Virus record (IMG/VR): IMGVR_UViG_3300006033_000016
Span: 32,001-96,000 of that record
DNA: 64,000 bases
Reading direction: 5' to 3' (one strand)
From: a virus
A program made the translations under genes and the position numbers. Every line of letters starts with the position of its first letter. The first letter of the stretch is position 1. The notes below the pieces were generated by a model that was not told where the DNA came from, ran no database searches, and saw only the letters and a program-made list of their open reading frames with translations. Shown here piece by piece: positions 47,746-56,901 of this stretch.

Positions 47746-48504
47746 TCAGTCGTCCTCTTCGTCGTCCCAGTCATCGAAGTCATCGTCGTCATCTTCGTCT
47801 ACTGGGGCCTTGGATTTGACGGGCGCCTTGGCAAGAGGCTTGGTAGGCGCTTTACGCGGCGGAGGAATGTCATCCTCTTCGTCGTCTTCGTCATCCTCAT
47901 CATCCTCAACGACCTTCTTAGGAGGGGCTTTGGACACCTTGACGGCTTTGCGGGGAGGTTCCTCCTCGTCCTCATCCTCGTCCTCATCCTCATCATCGGA
48001 AGGAGGCGGCGCAGTTTTCTTTGTGGGGGCTTTCGAAGCCTTTTTCGGCGGAGATTCCTCGTCCTCATCCTCGTCCTCATCCTCGTCCTGAGGAGAGGGA
48101 GCTGCTGACTTTTTAGTCAAAGGCTCAGTGGTTGTTGCCTTTGTAGCGACGGACGGAGTATCCTCTTCCTCGTCCGAAGGAACTTCTACAGGATTCTTTC
48201 GAGGGCGTCCTCTTCCCTTCTTAGAATCACTAGATTCCTTTTCTTCAGAGGAGGAGCTAGGAGTGCTGTTCTCTTGTGGAGAGGGTGAAGTTAGTGTATC
48301 AGAAGAGGGCACAGCTATGCCCTTGTAGGAGTCATGTGACTCCACTTCGTCGAGGCTGTTAAGCCCCATCAACATCAACATTCCTCTGATTTCATCAAGG
48401 TTTAGAATAGGCCCATTTTTTAGACTGACGTAGTAATTTCTCTTTACTATGGCTTCAATCAACAGAGATTGAAGTTTGGCGTAGTCGCTCTTTGACAAGG
48501 ACAT
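47746..48504 (-). CDS. acidic low-complexity protein with AT-hook
   Basis: KKGRGRPRK and repeated poly-D/E blocks alternating with PPKKA-type blocks. Confidence 0.7.
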   Translation of the reverse strand: MSLSKSDYAKLQSLLIEAIVKRNYYVSLKNGPILNLDEIRGMLMLMGLNSLDEVESHDSYKGIAVPSSDTLTSPSPQENSTPSSSSEEKESSDSKKGRGRPRKNPVEVPSDEEEDTPSVATKATTTEPLTKKSAAPSPQDEDEDEDEDEESPPKKASKAPTKKTAPPPSDDEDEDEDEDEEEPPRKAVKVSKAPPKKVVEDDEDDEDDEEDDIPPPRKAPTKPLAKAPVKSKAPVDEDDDDDFDDWDDEEDD

Positions 48505-48873
48505 GGACAGGCTCCTGTTAGGTGTAGGTGAGTCTTTTACAAGAAACTAGTTGGAAGAGGGTCTAAGAGACAGTAAGGAAAGAGTCAATTTTTCTGCGCC
48601 TTCTGTAGAAAAACAGACGGCCAGGTCGCACACCGATAGTAAGGACAAGTAAAGTACGCCAGACTTGCCAGAAGAGGGAAGTCCATCAAATTTTCTTCTA
48701 AGAGAAGAGAAAGAAGACGGATCACCATGTGACTCTAAAAGGGCGTCTAAACACATAGAGAAGGAAAGAAGGAAACCCTTTTCCACTCCGTTGGAATGGC
48801 GAGTTGTAAGATCGCTCACAGCGCTTACTATCTGTCTAAGTATATGGTAATCGTTTTCCATGAATACCATATA

Positions 48874-48902
48874 TGGTCGGGGCAGCCAGATTCGAACTGA
48901 CG
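48874..48902 (-). pseudogene. 3' fragment of split tRNA-Pro
   Basis: GTCAG-TTCGAAT-CTGGC-TGCCCCG-ACCA; acceptor strand complementary to CGGGGCA at 49477. Confidence 0.85.
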
Positions 48903-48922
48903 TTGTGTCTGTCCTAATCTTA

Positions 48923-48997
48923 TGGTCGAGGTGACAGGAGTCGAACCTGCTTGATCTAGTTCCCAAAACTAGCGACTGACCGTTAGCCTACACCTCG
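48923..48997 (-). tRNA. tRNA-Pro(TGG)
   Basis: CGAGGTG/CACCTCG, CTAGT-TTTGGGA-ACTAG, ACCA end. Confidence 0.9.
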
Positions 48998-49006
48998 ATG
49001 TGTAAT

Positions 49007-49444
49007 TTACAGAGCACTTATTCTAATGTATCCCCTTTCTCTGGCTGTTTTTCTTCTATGGCAGTTGGCACATAATATTTGACACTTTTTCACTTCTTCT
49101 TTTATCCTTCTAAGAGAACAGCCACTACCTACAAGGTTTGACACGTTTTCTATCTTAGTAGAAGGGTCTAGGTGGTCAAAGTCAAGTACTATGGGGTCGG
49201 ATTCGCCACAAGAAGCACACGGATTGGTTTTTAGTATGTTGAGTATATACTCGGTATTTCGCATCCTCAACTTAGCAAAGTTAGACTGCTTTCTTGCCAA
49301 CCTCAGTTCCTTGGTACCACTCCAATACCTACGGTCGTAGGATCTCTTGCACTCTCTACATTTAGAGAGATGCCTGTTTCTCTTTGTAAGATAAGGAAAT
49401 TCGTCTATTGGCTTTTCCACGTTACAAACTAAACAACGTTTCAC
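49007..49444 (-). CDS. HNH endonuclease
   Basis: CLVC...CREC, CASCGESDPIVLDFDH, KCQILCANCHRRKT. Confidence 0.9.
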   Translation of the reverse strand: MKRCLVCNVEKPIDEFPYLTKRNRHLSKCRECKRSYDRRYWSGTKELRLARKQSNFAKLRMRNTEYILNILKTNPCASCGESDPIVLDFDHLDPSTKIENVSNLVGSGCSLRRIKEEVKKCQILCANCHRRKTARERGYIRISAL

Positions 49445-49454
49445 AGAAATACCA

Positions 49455-49477
49455 TAACCAAGCTCAGCTATGCCCCG
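49455..49477 (-). pseudogene. 5' fragment of split tRNA-Pro
   Basis: CGGGGCATAGCTGAGCTTGGTTA: acceptor 5' strand and D loop. Confidence 0.8.
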
Positions 49478-49485
49478 ATATGTTT

Positions 49486-49561
49486 TGGTGACTCCAACGG
49501 GATTTGAACCCGTGTTAACGCCGTGAAAGGGCGCGGTCCTAGGCCTCTAGACGATGGAGCC
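49486..49561 (-). tRNA. tRNA-Glu(TTC)
   Basis: GCGCC-CTTTCAC-GGCGT, ACCA end. Confidence 0.93.
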
Positions 49562-49835
49562 AAGAAATACTACACGATACGAAAGTGTATGTCAAGTGAA
49601 GGATCAAAAATAGAGTCCACGACTTCAGGATAGCCGTTGTCTCGAACAAAGATATAACGACAAAGGTGAGGAAACGATTCTTCAGGAAAGAAGTCTATGA
49701 ATATTAGCACACCCCTGTGATCGTTGTCAGGATCAAATGTGCCCCTAAAGACCTGTCTATCTCGCGTGTCTTTGACAGAAGACATGGACAGCATAGAAGA
49801 ACTTACGTGTACCTTTCTACCGTCTAAGGTCTTCT

Positions 49836-50375
49836 TCATCGAGTAAGCTCTTCAAACCGGGTAAGAAAAAGTTCCTGGGCTTGCGCTGGAAGAAGTGGGT
49901 CATTAACATTTAGCCCTGGAGGAGGGCTGGCATTCAGGTAGGAAAACTTCAACTCTCCAACGGGGTACAGAAGATCTCTGGCTTCTGCCATAAGAACAGA
50001 GTTATCTGCCTCATGCACCTCTTCCGGAAGGTCCAACGGAAGGCCGAACTTACGAGCTATGGATTCCCATATGCGAGCCTCTAATTCCTCAAAGTCTGGC
50101 ATAAATCTTTTGATGGGTCTAATAAGATCTCCGACATATGCCTCAGTTGCGTCGTGAAGAAGAGCTGCTAAGGCGTTTTCGGGAGAGACGTATTTAGAGC
50201 AATGCACGCTGTGCTCTGCCACGGAGTAAAATAATCTACAGTGACCGTTGAATCGGCAAAGCTTGGATAGGGCGGTAGCTATATCGTGTATGTCTATAGA
50301 GGCCTGTAGGTTGTCCCTAAATGGGTAAAACCTGGCTCCGCTATACAGTGTGAACCAGCTATCTTCTCTGTTCAT
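49836..50375 (-). CDS. HD-domain 5'-deoxynucleotidase-like (YfbR/YfdR family)
   Basis: CRFNGH, YSVAEHS, LLHDATEAYVGD. Confidence 0.9.
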   Translation of the reverse strand: MNREDSWFTLYSGARFYPFRDNLQASIDIHDIATALSKLCRFNGHCRLFYSVAEHSVHCSKYVSPENALAALLHDATEAYVGDLIRPIKRFMPDFEELEARIWESIARKFGLPLDLPEEVHEADNSVLMAEARDLLYPVGELKFSYLNASPPPGLNVNDPLLPAQAQELFLTRFEELTR

Positions 50376-50378
50376 AGG

Positions 50379-51602
50379 TTACTCCAGGTCATCAGGCCAA
50401 GAAGACCACTCAAACACATAAGCCAACGGCTTGTAGCTCAGTAGAGCAGATAGGTGCTGTACCGGTACTCCAAATTTACGAGCAGAATCCTGAGGAGAAA
50501 CGCCTATGTAGTAAGAATGATAGCAGAAAGCTTTCCAAACCAAAGAATCGGAGAGAGCAAACGAAGATACAAGATCCAAGTCGTCGGGTGAAGCACCTGC
50601 GGCCAAAGCCTTTTTAGAGGCGGACCTAAAAGATTTGGACTCTACAAGGCGACAGATGAAAGCAGAAGCGACACGAGAAAAGGTGGTAGATCCAGTCTGC
50701 TCATCTATGCGAGAAAGAACAGACATAAGATCTACACTATCAGGAGGAAGAGAGGGAGTAGAAATGTTCATAGAGGTTCCCTGTATTGTGTTTCCCTTCA
50801 GCTTTCTAACTCTTCTCTTTGTTTTTATCACTAAGGGCTTGTCTTTAGGGTACTTTACCCATTTAGGTTTTTCCGTCCCTAAGACAGACACTATAAATTC
50901 CAAGTCATCTATACGAGCGCCAAACTGGTTGGCCGCGTCCTGTAGGGGAACCGAAGCTTCTACATGAGAGAAGAACGCACGCCATAACATCTCAGAAGAA
51001 TGGGTAGTTTCAATAAACTTCTCAAGTTCTGCGAGACGCTCAACAGGAACTCCCATAGCCAGGGCAGGTTTCTGAACTCTGGACACCCAAGACTTGCGGT
51101 GTATAATCCCCACCAAGTAAGAACACACGTTTTTCAGAAATTCGTCACCGAGTTCTTTATCGTAAGAGACAGTAGAAAGAACTTCCCTAAAGGAAATGTC
51201 ATCCCCTAAATCGTCTAGGGCAGAGTCGGAGGCAGGAAGCCGGAAAGAAGGCGGGGAGGATAAAAGGGCAGAGTTCAGTTCTTCTGGCGTTATGTTCTTC
51301 TTTTTGTGACCAGAAAACATGGGGTCGGATTCGGCATCCAACAACACTACACCCTCTATCTGGGATAGAGCTAGGGGGTCATCAGTGACGAGAAACGAGT
51401 GAACTCCATCTACAGAAGAAAGTCTCTTCAAGGCAGAGATTCCATCTACCAAAACCACAGGAAGTCGGTCATCAGCCTCCTGCAAGAAGGAGTGCAAATC
51501 TTCTGGGCTGTTGTGGTACAAATGCACTCTAAACATAGAGCGGTTTATCACCATCACAGCGATCGAAGGAGAAGTAAAAGCTAATCCAACTAAACTAGGC
51601 AT
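50379..51602 (-). CDS. hypothetical protein with duplicated HTH-like domain
   Basis: two copies of W(R/K)AF...QD(A/S)A..FG. Confidence 0.6.
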   Translation of the reverse strand: MPSLVGLAFTSPSIAVMVINRSMFRVHLYHNSPEDLHSFLQEADDRLPVVLVDGISALKRLSSVDGVHSFLVTDDPLALSQIEGVVLLDAESDPMFSGHKKKNITPEELNSALLSSPPSFRLPASDSALDDLGDDISFREVLSTVSYDKELGDEFLKNVCSYLVGIIHRKSWVSRVQKPALAMGVPVERLAELEKFIETTHSSEMLWRAFFSHVEASVPLQDAANQFGARIDDLEFIVSVLGTEKPKWVKYPKDKPLVIKTKRRVRKLKGNTIQGTSMNISTPSLPPDSVDLMSVLSRIDEQTGSTTFSRVASAFICRLVESKSFRSASKKALAAGASPDDLDLVSSFALSDSLVWKAFCYHSYYIGVSPQDSARKFGVPVQHLSALLSYKPLAYVFEWSSWPDDLE

Positions 51603-51605
51603 ATT

Positions 51606-53897
51606 TCACTCAGTAAGCAAACGACTAACGTGATTCTCCATCTTTACAGTCCACACCTGGTCATAGCGACGAAGAGATGACATGTCGTGGTCATGAGAAG
51701 TTACTAGCACAGTTCCCATATTGAAGTCCCTTAGGACTTCGAAGCATGCCTCTCTTCCCTTCTTATCGAGGTCACGAAACGGTTCGTCACAAATCAGTAG
51801 ATTTGTGGTATTTCTACCCATCTTGGCAAAAGCAAAGATGATCGCCAATCCTACTCGCTTGGCTTGGCCGCCACTTATCAATGTGAGAGGGATAGACCTG
51901 TCCCCTTTGCGAAACATCAGGTCAAATCCGTCAGCATCGTCAGTAACCTCTAACTGTATAGATCCTCCGGGGAACAACTGATTCAGGTACACGGGAAGAA
52001 CGGTGCTTAGTAGTTGGGTGCTGTCCCTTAGAGCAGCCTTCCGAAGGTCGTCCAACGTGATATTCAGATATCGAAGCACACGGGATCTATTTTTCTCAGC
52101 AGAAGAAGAGTTCAGACTTCGAGTGATTTCGCTTTTTTGCTTCTTAAGAGAAGAGACTCTAACAGACATCTCCTTGACTCGAATTAGCTCTGCGTTGGTA
52201 TCTGAAAGGCGCTCAGTCATATCAGCCACAGACGACATAGAGCGCTGAAGCGCGTGCGGATCAAAGAACGTGTCCCCGTGTTTAAGGGACCAGGCATATG
52301 CCTTCTCCAGAAGGAGCAAGGAGGAAGACAGTTCCTCTATACGTGTCTCATAGTGAGAAACCGAGCCAGAGACAGGAGGAATCTCAGACAATTGGTCTAG
52401 CACAGATCTATACTTGGATAAAGAGCTAAGAGAAGTACGCAAGGTGGAACGAAGTTTCCTGAGGTCCGCTATTTCTTTTTGAAGAGTCACCAAATCGTCA
52501 GAAGGGAGGAGGTCTTCCAACTCTATAAGAACTTCCGCACGTTTATTTGCAGCGGCCAATCTATCTTCATAATGAGACAACGCAGTGACTGCGTTATTAC
52601 GCAAAGACGAAAGCTCAGCCAGAGCATCCTGTCTTTCCTTAAGCATGGCAGATTTAGACTGTGCATCGATGGGCCGAAGACAGGCGTAGCACACGTCTTC
52701 AAGAGACTCTAGCTTAGACAGTTCTGACTTTAGGGAAGATGCGGTTCCCTTAAGTTCGGATAACTTTCCTGACCACTTTTCTACTCTAGACGAGAGTACA
52801 GCCACGGATAACTCGTCGGAAGGAATAGACTGAAGTTTTTCCAAAAGCTTGTGCTTTCGCTCCACTTCCGGCAAGATCGACTCTCTAGCCTCTAACTTTG
52901 ATTCCGTAGAATAAAGCTTGGACTCTATATCTCCCATATCTTCTAGTGACAGAGACAGGTCGTCCGTCAAAGAGGAAAGAGCGGACTCCAATTTGTTTCT
53001 CTTTAGAAGATTTTGTAAGTCCTGCCTATGAGAGTCAAGCGAAGATCTCACCGAATCAACCTTAGACTTGAGTGTGGAAGACTCAAGCTTTATTCCATGC
53101 GGTTTCAGCTTTTTCTTCCACTCAGATCTCTCCTCTGCAAATGAACGAGCTAACTCATGCCTTTCCAGCTCAACACGCAGAGATACCAACTGGTCTTGAA
53201 TGTCAGAATGTAGAAGAGAAAGTCTAGCGTATTCTGCCTCCAGATCCTCCTCCGATGACAAGGAATCGAGGTCAGAATTTACGGAATCTAACATAGATTG
53301 AAGCTGGGTCTCGTCAGGAAGAGGAATAGCATTGAGTCTCTTAGTCACCTCTTTCGACATAGCGTCGAGAGTGTCCAAGCCAAAAGACATGCTCAAATAC
53401 TCTTTTTTCTGAGCTGGGGTTCCGTCTATCATCATATGAGTGTACCTTTGACTCAGGTACACTCTACCAAGGTATTCATTCCAGCTGAGACCTATTAGAC
53501 GAGAAATCATCTTCCGAGCTTCTCTTGGGTCATCTGGAGTGACGTTCACCTTATCTCTATAAATTGTCATCCCAGTTCCCTTTTTAGGGTGGGATCGAAA
53601 GTTTTCTATAACGTGAGGAACAGAATCAATATCGAGATCCAATCTAGTTAGGAACCCCTTAGGTCTGTGCATGTTCATCAGACTGGTCTTGGTCACCCTC
53701 CTATCCGTTTTTGTCAGCTTGTCGAAGAGGCTAAGGGCTAACAACTCGAAGAGGGTAGTCTTTCCAGACCCATTAGAGTCTCCTTCATCTAAGTTGCTGC
53801 CTTGGATGAAGACCAGCCCTTGGTTGTCCAAGGGCATGTCCGCGTATTCAAAGCTAAGCGCATTTTTTATCCGAAACCTCTTGAAGTCCGTCTTCAT
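51606..53897 (-). CDS. Rad50/SbcC (gp46-like) recombination ATPase
   Basis: Walker A SNGSGKTT, coiled coils, zinc hook CYAC, ISGGQ signature, CDEPF, SH. Confidence 0.92.
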   Translation of the reverse strand: MKTDFKRFRIKNALSFEYADMPLDNQGLVFIQGSNLDEGDSNGSGKTTLFELLALSLFDKLTKTDRRVTKTSLMNMHRPKGFLTRLDLDIDSVPHVIENFRSHPKKGTGMTIYRDKVNVTPDDPREARKMISRLIGLSWNEYLGRVYLSQRYTHMMIDGTPAQKKEYLSMSFGLDTLDAMSKEVTKRLNAIPLPDETQLQSMLDSVNSDLDSLSSEEDLEAEYARLSLLHSDIQDQLVSLRVELERHELARSFAEERSEWKKKLKPHGIKLESSTLKSKVDSVRSSLDSHRQDLQNLLKRNKLESALSSLTDDLSLSLEDMGDIESKLYSTESKLEARESILPEVERKHKLLEKLQSIPSDELSVAVLSSRVEKWSGKLSELKGTASSLKSELSKLESLEDVCYACLRPIDAQSKSAMLKERQDALAELSSLRNNAVTALSHYEDRLAAANKRAEVLIELEDLLPSDDLVTLQKEIADLRKLRSTLRTSLSSLSKYRSVLDQLSEIPPVSGSVSHYETRIEELSSSLLLLEKAYAWSLKHGDTFFDPHALQRSMSSVADMTERLSDTNAELIRVKEMSVRVSSLKKQKSEITRSLNSSSAEKNRSRVLRYLNITLDDLRKAALRDSTQLLSTVLPVYLNQLFPGGSIQLEVTDDADGFDLMFRKGDRSIPLTLISGGQAKRVGLAIIFAFAKMGRNTTNLLICDEPFRDLDKKGREACFEVLRDFNMGTVLVTSHDHDMSSLRRYDQVWTVKMENHVSRLLTE

Positions 53898-54244
53898 GTG
53901 AGAGGTCTAGCCTTTCCGTATTTTAAGGAAGGAGTAATTCTCCTGTCTGAGCGACAAGAATAATGACTGCACACCGTAGGCCTTCTATCATAGATTGTGC
54001 ACCCAGTTTCCATAGAATGGTACACACAGTACCCGTGCTCTTTTCTCTTCAGAACTCGCCTACCCGGATTAATTGGGGATTCTTGAGTCTCATAGAGGGG
54101 AGCTTCTTCATCCGTCAAATCTACAATAAGCTGGCAACAGGGGGCACGACAATAACTACAATCTGTGACTGCGTCTGCCGGAGTCTTATATACCGTGGCA
54201 CGGTTGGAAGCTAACGTATCAAATATGGGAAGCCGGATAGGCAT
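53894..54244 (-). CDS. YkgJ-family CxxCxxCC cysteine-cluster protein
   Basis: CSYCRAPCC, GYCVY, CTIYDRRPTVC. Confidence 0.85.
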   Translation of the reverse strand: MPIRLPIFDTLASNRATVYKTPADAVTDCSYCRAPCCQLIVDLTDEEAPLYETQESPINPGRRVLKRKEHGYCVYHSMETGCTIYDRRPTVCSHYSCRSDRRITPSLKYGKARPLT

Positions 54245-55329
54245 TAGCTCTTTACAACCTGATAGGATTTTAGAATGGCGAGATCCAACATGTCCAACGG
54301 ATCCGAAAGATGTCTGGATTTCTGCTGTGCGTCTAGGTGTATCTCAAAAAGAGAGACCAGTTTCTCGGAGGAGACGTGCTTTGAACTAGAGTTCTTCACA
54401 AAGTCAGACAAGGAAGGGTTGTCCACCATTCTGGGCTCTATCTTGTAGATGGTCAACTCCTTCAAAAATTTGATAATCAACCCTAGAAAATGCTCAGGGT
54501 GTTCCACCTTGCGCAAGTACACCATAGGAGTAAGCGATCCGGAAAGCATTTTATCCACGTATTTTGGGACTAAGGCATCAGGAGAAGAACCCAGAATTCC
54601 CTCAGCAATTTCCGGAAGCTGTTCTTTGGCCTCGGCTGCTGTCATATCTGGCGAGGCGGCATACAGCTGTTCAAGGAGATTTAGCGAATCTCGTGCATGA
54701 CCTGATGACAGGTCTGCTATGTAGGAAAGAATCTCTTTTCCGTACGAAATTCCCTCTTGCTTACATACCTTGTTGAGTAGACGAGTAATATCCCTTGGAG
54801 CCAACTCAGCAAGTTTGACCCAAGTAGCCCTGCTACGAATGGTGGGCAAAAGCTTGTATGGATCTGTAGTACAAAGTATAAACACAGTGTGTTTGGGCGG
54901 CTCTTCCAACATCTTAAGAAAGGCTTGAGCAGCAGGTCCTGTCAGCTGATGAAGCTCGTCCAGAATAAACACTCTGGCTTTGTATCGGGGGCTAAAGTTA
55001 GCTTGCGCTAGTATAGTCCTGACATCATCTATTCCACGAGTTTCTGCTGCATTTATCTCTGTAATATCCGGATGCTTATCCAAGCTTAGAAGGCAGGAGT
55101 TGCACTCTCCACAGGGGTCAGCTTTTCCTGCCTTACAGTTTACTGCTTTTGCAAGTATACGTGCAATAGTAGTCTTTCCGACTCCATATGGACCTGACAA
55201 AAGAATAGTGTTTCCAGCTACCTTGGATGACTCCAGAAGACCCTGAAGCTGAGCAACGCCCTTTGGCTGTCCTACTACGTCAGAAAGAGTCCTAGGGCGA
55301 TATTTGTCTACGAAACGAGTGCTCATCAA
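54244..55329 (-). CDS. dnaX: DNA polymerase III gamma/tau-like clamp loader ATPase
   Basis: KYRP, GPYGVGKTT, CGECNSC, LDELH, LEEPP, TIRSR, GHARD. Confidence 0.92.
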   Translation of the reverse strand: MMSTRFVDKYRPRTLSDVVGQPKGVAQLQGLLESSKVAGNTILLSGPYGVGKTTIARILAKAVNCKAGKADPCGECNSCLLSLDKHPDITEINAAETRGIDDVRTILAQANFSPRYKARVFILDELHQLTGPAAQAFLKMLEEPPKHTVFILCTTDPYKLLPTIRSRATWVKLAELAPRDITRLLNKVCKQEGISYGKEILSYIADLSSGHARDSLNLLEQLYAASPDMTAAEAKEQLPEIAEGILGSSPDALVPKYVDKMLSGSLTPMVYLRKVEHPEHFLGLIIKFLKELTIYKIEPRMVDNPSLSDFVKNSSSKHVSSEKLVSLFEIHLDAQQKSRHLSDPLDMLDLAILKSYQVVKS

Positions 55330-56396
55330 GCTACCTGTGCCTTATAGGTGGTGTAACGAGAAAGAAGATGCTTGCGCACATCTGCCTGCGATAGGTTGAA
55401 GTAGTCGCAGGCTAGCTTTACAAGCTTCTTAGGTTTGGACAAGAGGTCATCAATACTTGTTTCGTGTTCCTTCAGCAGCCAAAGTTCGAATTCATCGTGA
55501 GAGGACCCAGAGAACACAAGATCAATGAGATCTTGAAGCGGAGAGGGAGCATCCTTTTTAAGGGTTTCTATCAATCCCCTGGCTTGAAGCATGTCCTCTG
55601 CAGTGTACCTAATTTTACCAAGGTCCTGAACAGGAAGACCTTCTGTAGAAACAGTAGTCAAAGAATAATCGGCAACAGACTGACTGCATCTTTGCGGTTT
55701 GTCAGTAAGACAAAATATACAAGTTCCGCACCCAGTAGTGATATTCTTTACGCAGGCCCTGGATTCAGACGTGAAATGCTGTATTAGATTTATTGCGTGA
55801 TTCTGAATAGAGGCCTTGGCATAATTCTCGATCAGAGGAATGTTTTTTGTGTGCTCATACGTTCTAACGACTTGAAGTCCCTGGGCCAGTAACTCTCCTC
55901 GTAAATCTGCCAAGTCAAACGACTTATCATTGTCGGCCAAAAATCTAAGTCTGAGGTAGGCTACCTTGCCACAGTATTTATCTAGACGAGAAGTAAGGTC
56001 TGTTAACTCTTTCTTGGTCAAGAAGTCGTAACAGTCTTCCGCAGAGAGAGAAGCAGACAATGAAGTCTTATCTTCGTCTGAAAGGGCCTTCCAGAAAAGA
56101 AGCATAGCATCCAAGTCAGCGTTGTATTTATTTGCTGAGTCTTCGAAAGAGGAGCCAGAGCTAAGAGAGTCACGAACTGCACGCCACACTTTCTTACACT
56201 CGAAAGAAGATTTCAAGAAGTTTCTGACTTCGGTGTAAAATACCGTATAGGAGTCCTTAGGAAGCAACTTTATTCTATTTCTGTACTCCTTATAGGACCC
56301 AAACAGAACAAAGTGTGAAACAGCCCTGAGAGCGATGGCCTTGTCTCTTTTTTCCATAGAGAAAAAGAACGGAAGCAAACTTTGACGAAGCATCAC
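55326..56396 (-). CDS. hypothetical protein, possible divergent sigma factor
   Basis: DLRGELLAQGLQVVRTYE...YAKASIQNHAINLI resembles sigma70 region 2; CxxCxxC insert; HTH-like N-terminal segment. Confidence 0.4.
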   Translation of the reverse strand: MMLRQSLLPFFFSMEKRDKAIALRAVSHFVLFGSYKEYRNRIKLLPKDSYTVFYTEVRNFLKSSFECKKVWRAVRDSLSSGSSFEDSANKYNADLDAMLLFWKALSDEDKTSLSASLSAEDCYDFLTKKELTDLTSRLDKYCGKVAYLRLRFLADNDKSFDLADLRGELLAQGLQVVRTYEHTKNIPLIENYAKASIQNHAINLIQHFTSESRACVKNITTGCGTCIFCLTDKPQRCSQSVADYSLTTVSTEGLPVQDLGKIRYTAEDMLQARGLIETLKKDAPSPLQDLIDLVFSGSSHDEFELWLLKEHETSIDDLLSKPKKLVKLACDYFNLSQADVRKHLLSRYTTYKAQVA

Positions 56397-56901
56397 CCCT
56401 CCTTGGCTATCTTGTGAAACTCTGGAGAATACATGTAAGAACCGTGGTTAGTAGTCTTTCGACGACAGAACGAAGTGGGCACAGGAGAATGAAACAAACA
56501 GTGCCCTATATCTGCCTGAAAGAAATCTTTCACAGACGGGGAAACAATGACGTCTGTTACCCTCCAAGAAGAAGACAATCCTGTAACATGCTGGGCAAAC
56601 AAAAAGTGAATCCCCATGGATTCGTACGAATCCCTCAACGACATAGAAGAGTACTTGGAAGAGTCTCCGGACCAAACTCCGAGTAAACGAACTGTTCGAT
56701 CAAAAAACTCAACAGCCCTTTTTTCTTTCTTGGACTTTTCTCCGAGAACAAGTACTACAGGAACAGAATAGGTAGGAGCAGGATCCTTACTTGGTAAGAG
56801 CAAAGATCCGGTGTGACTCTCTGTTAGAGGATGTAAGAATAATCCTTTTCTTACTTTCTTTGCAGAAGAATTCAAGGATTTGAGATCTAGCGTAGTCAGT
56901 A

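Noticed and set aside
47870-48090. TCCTCG/TCCTCA tandem repeats
   Set aside because: They are the codons of poly-Asp/Glu tracts in the minus-strand protein
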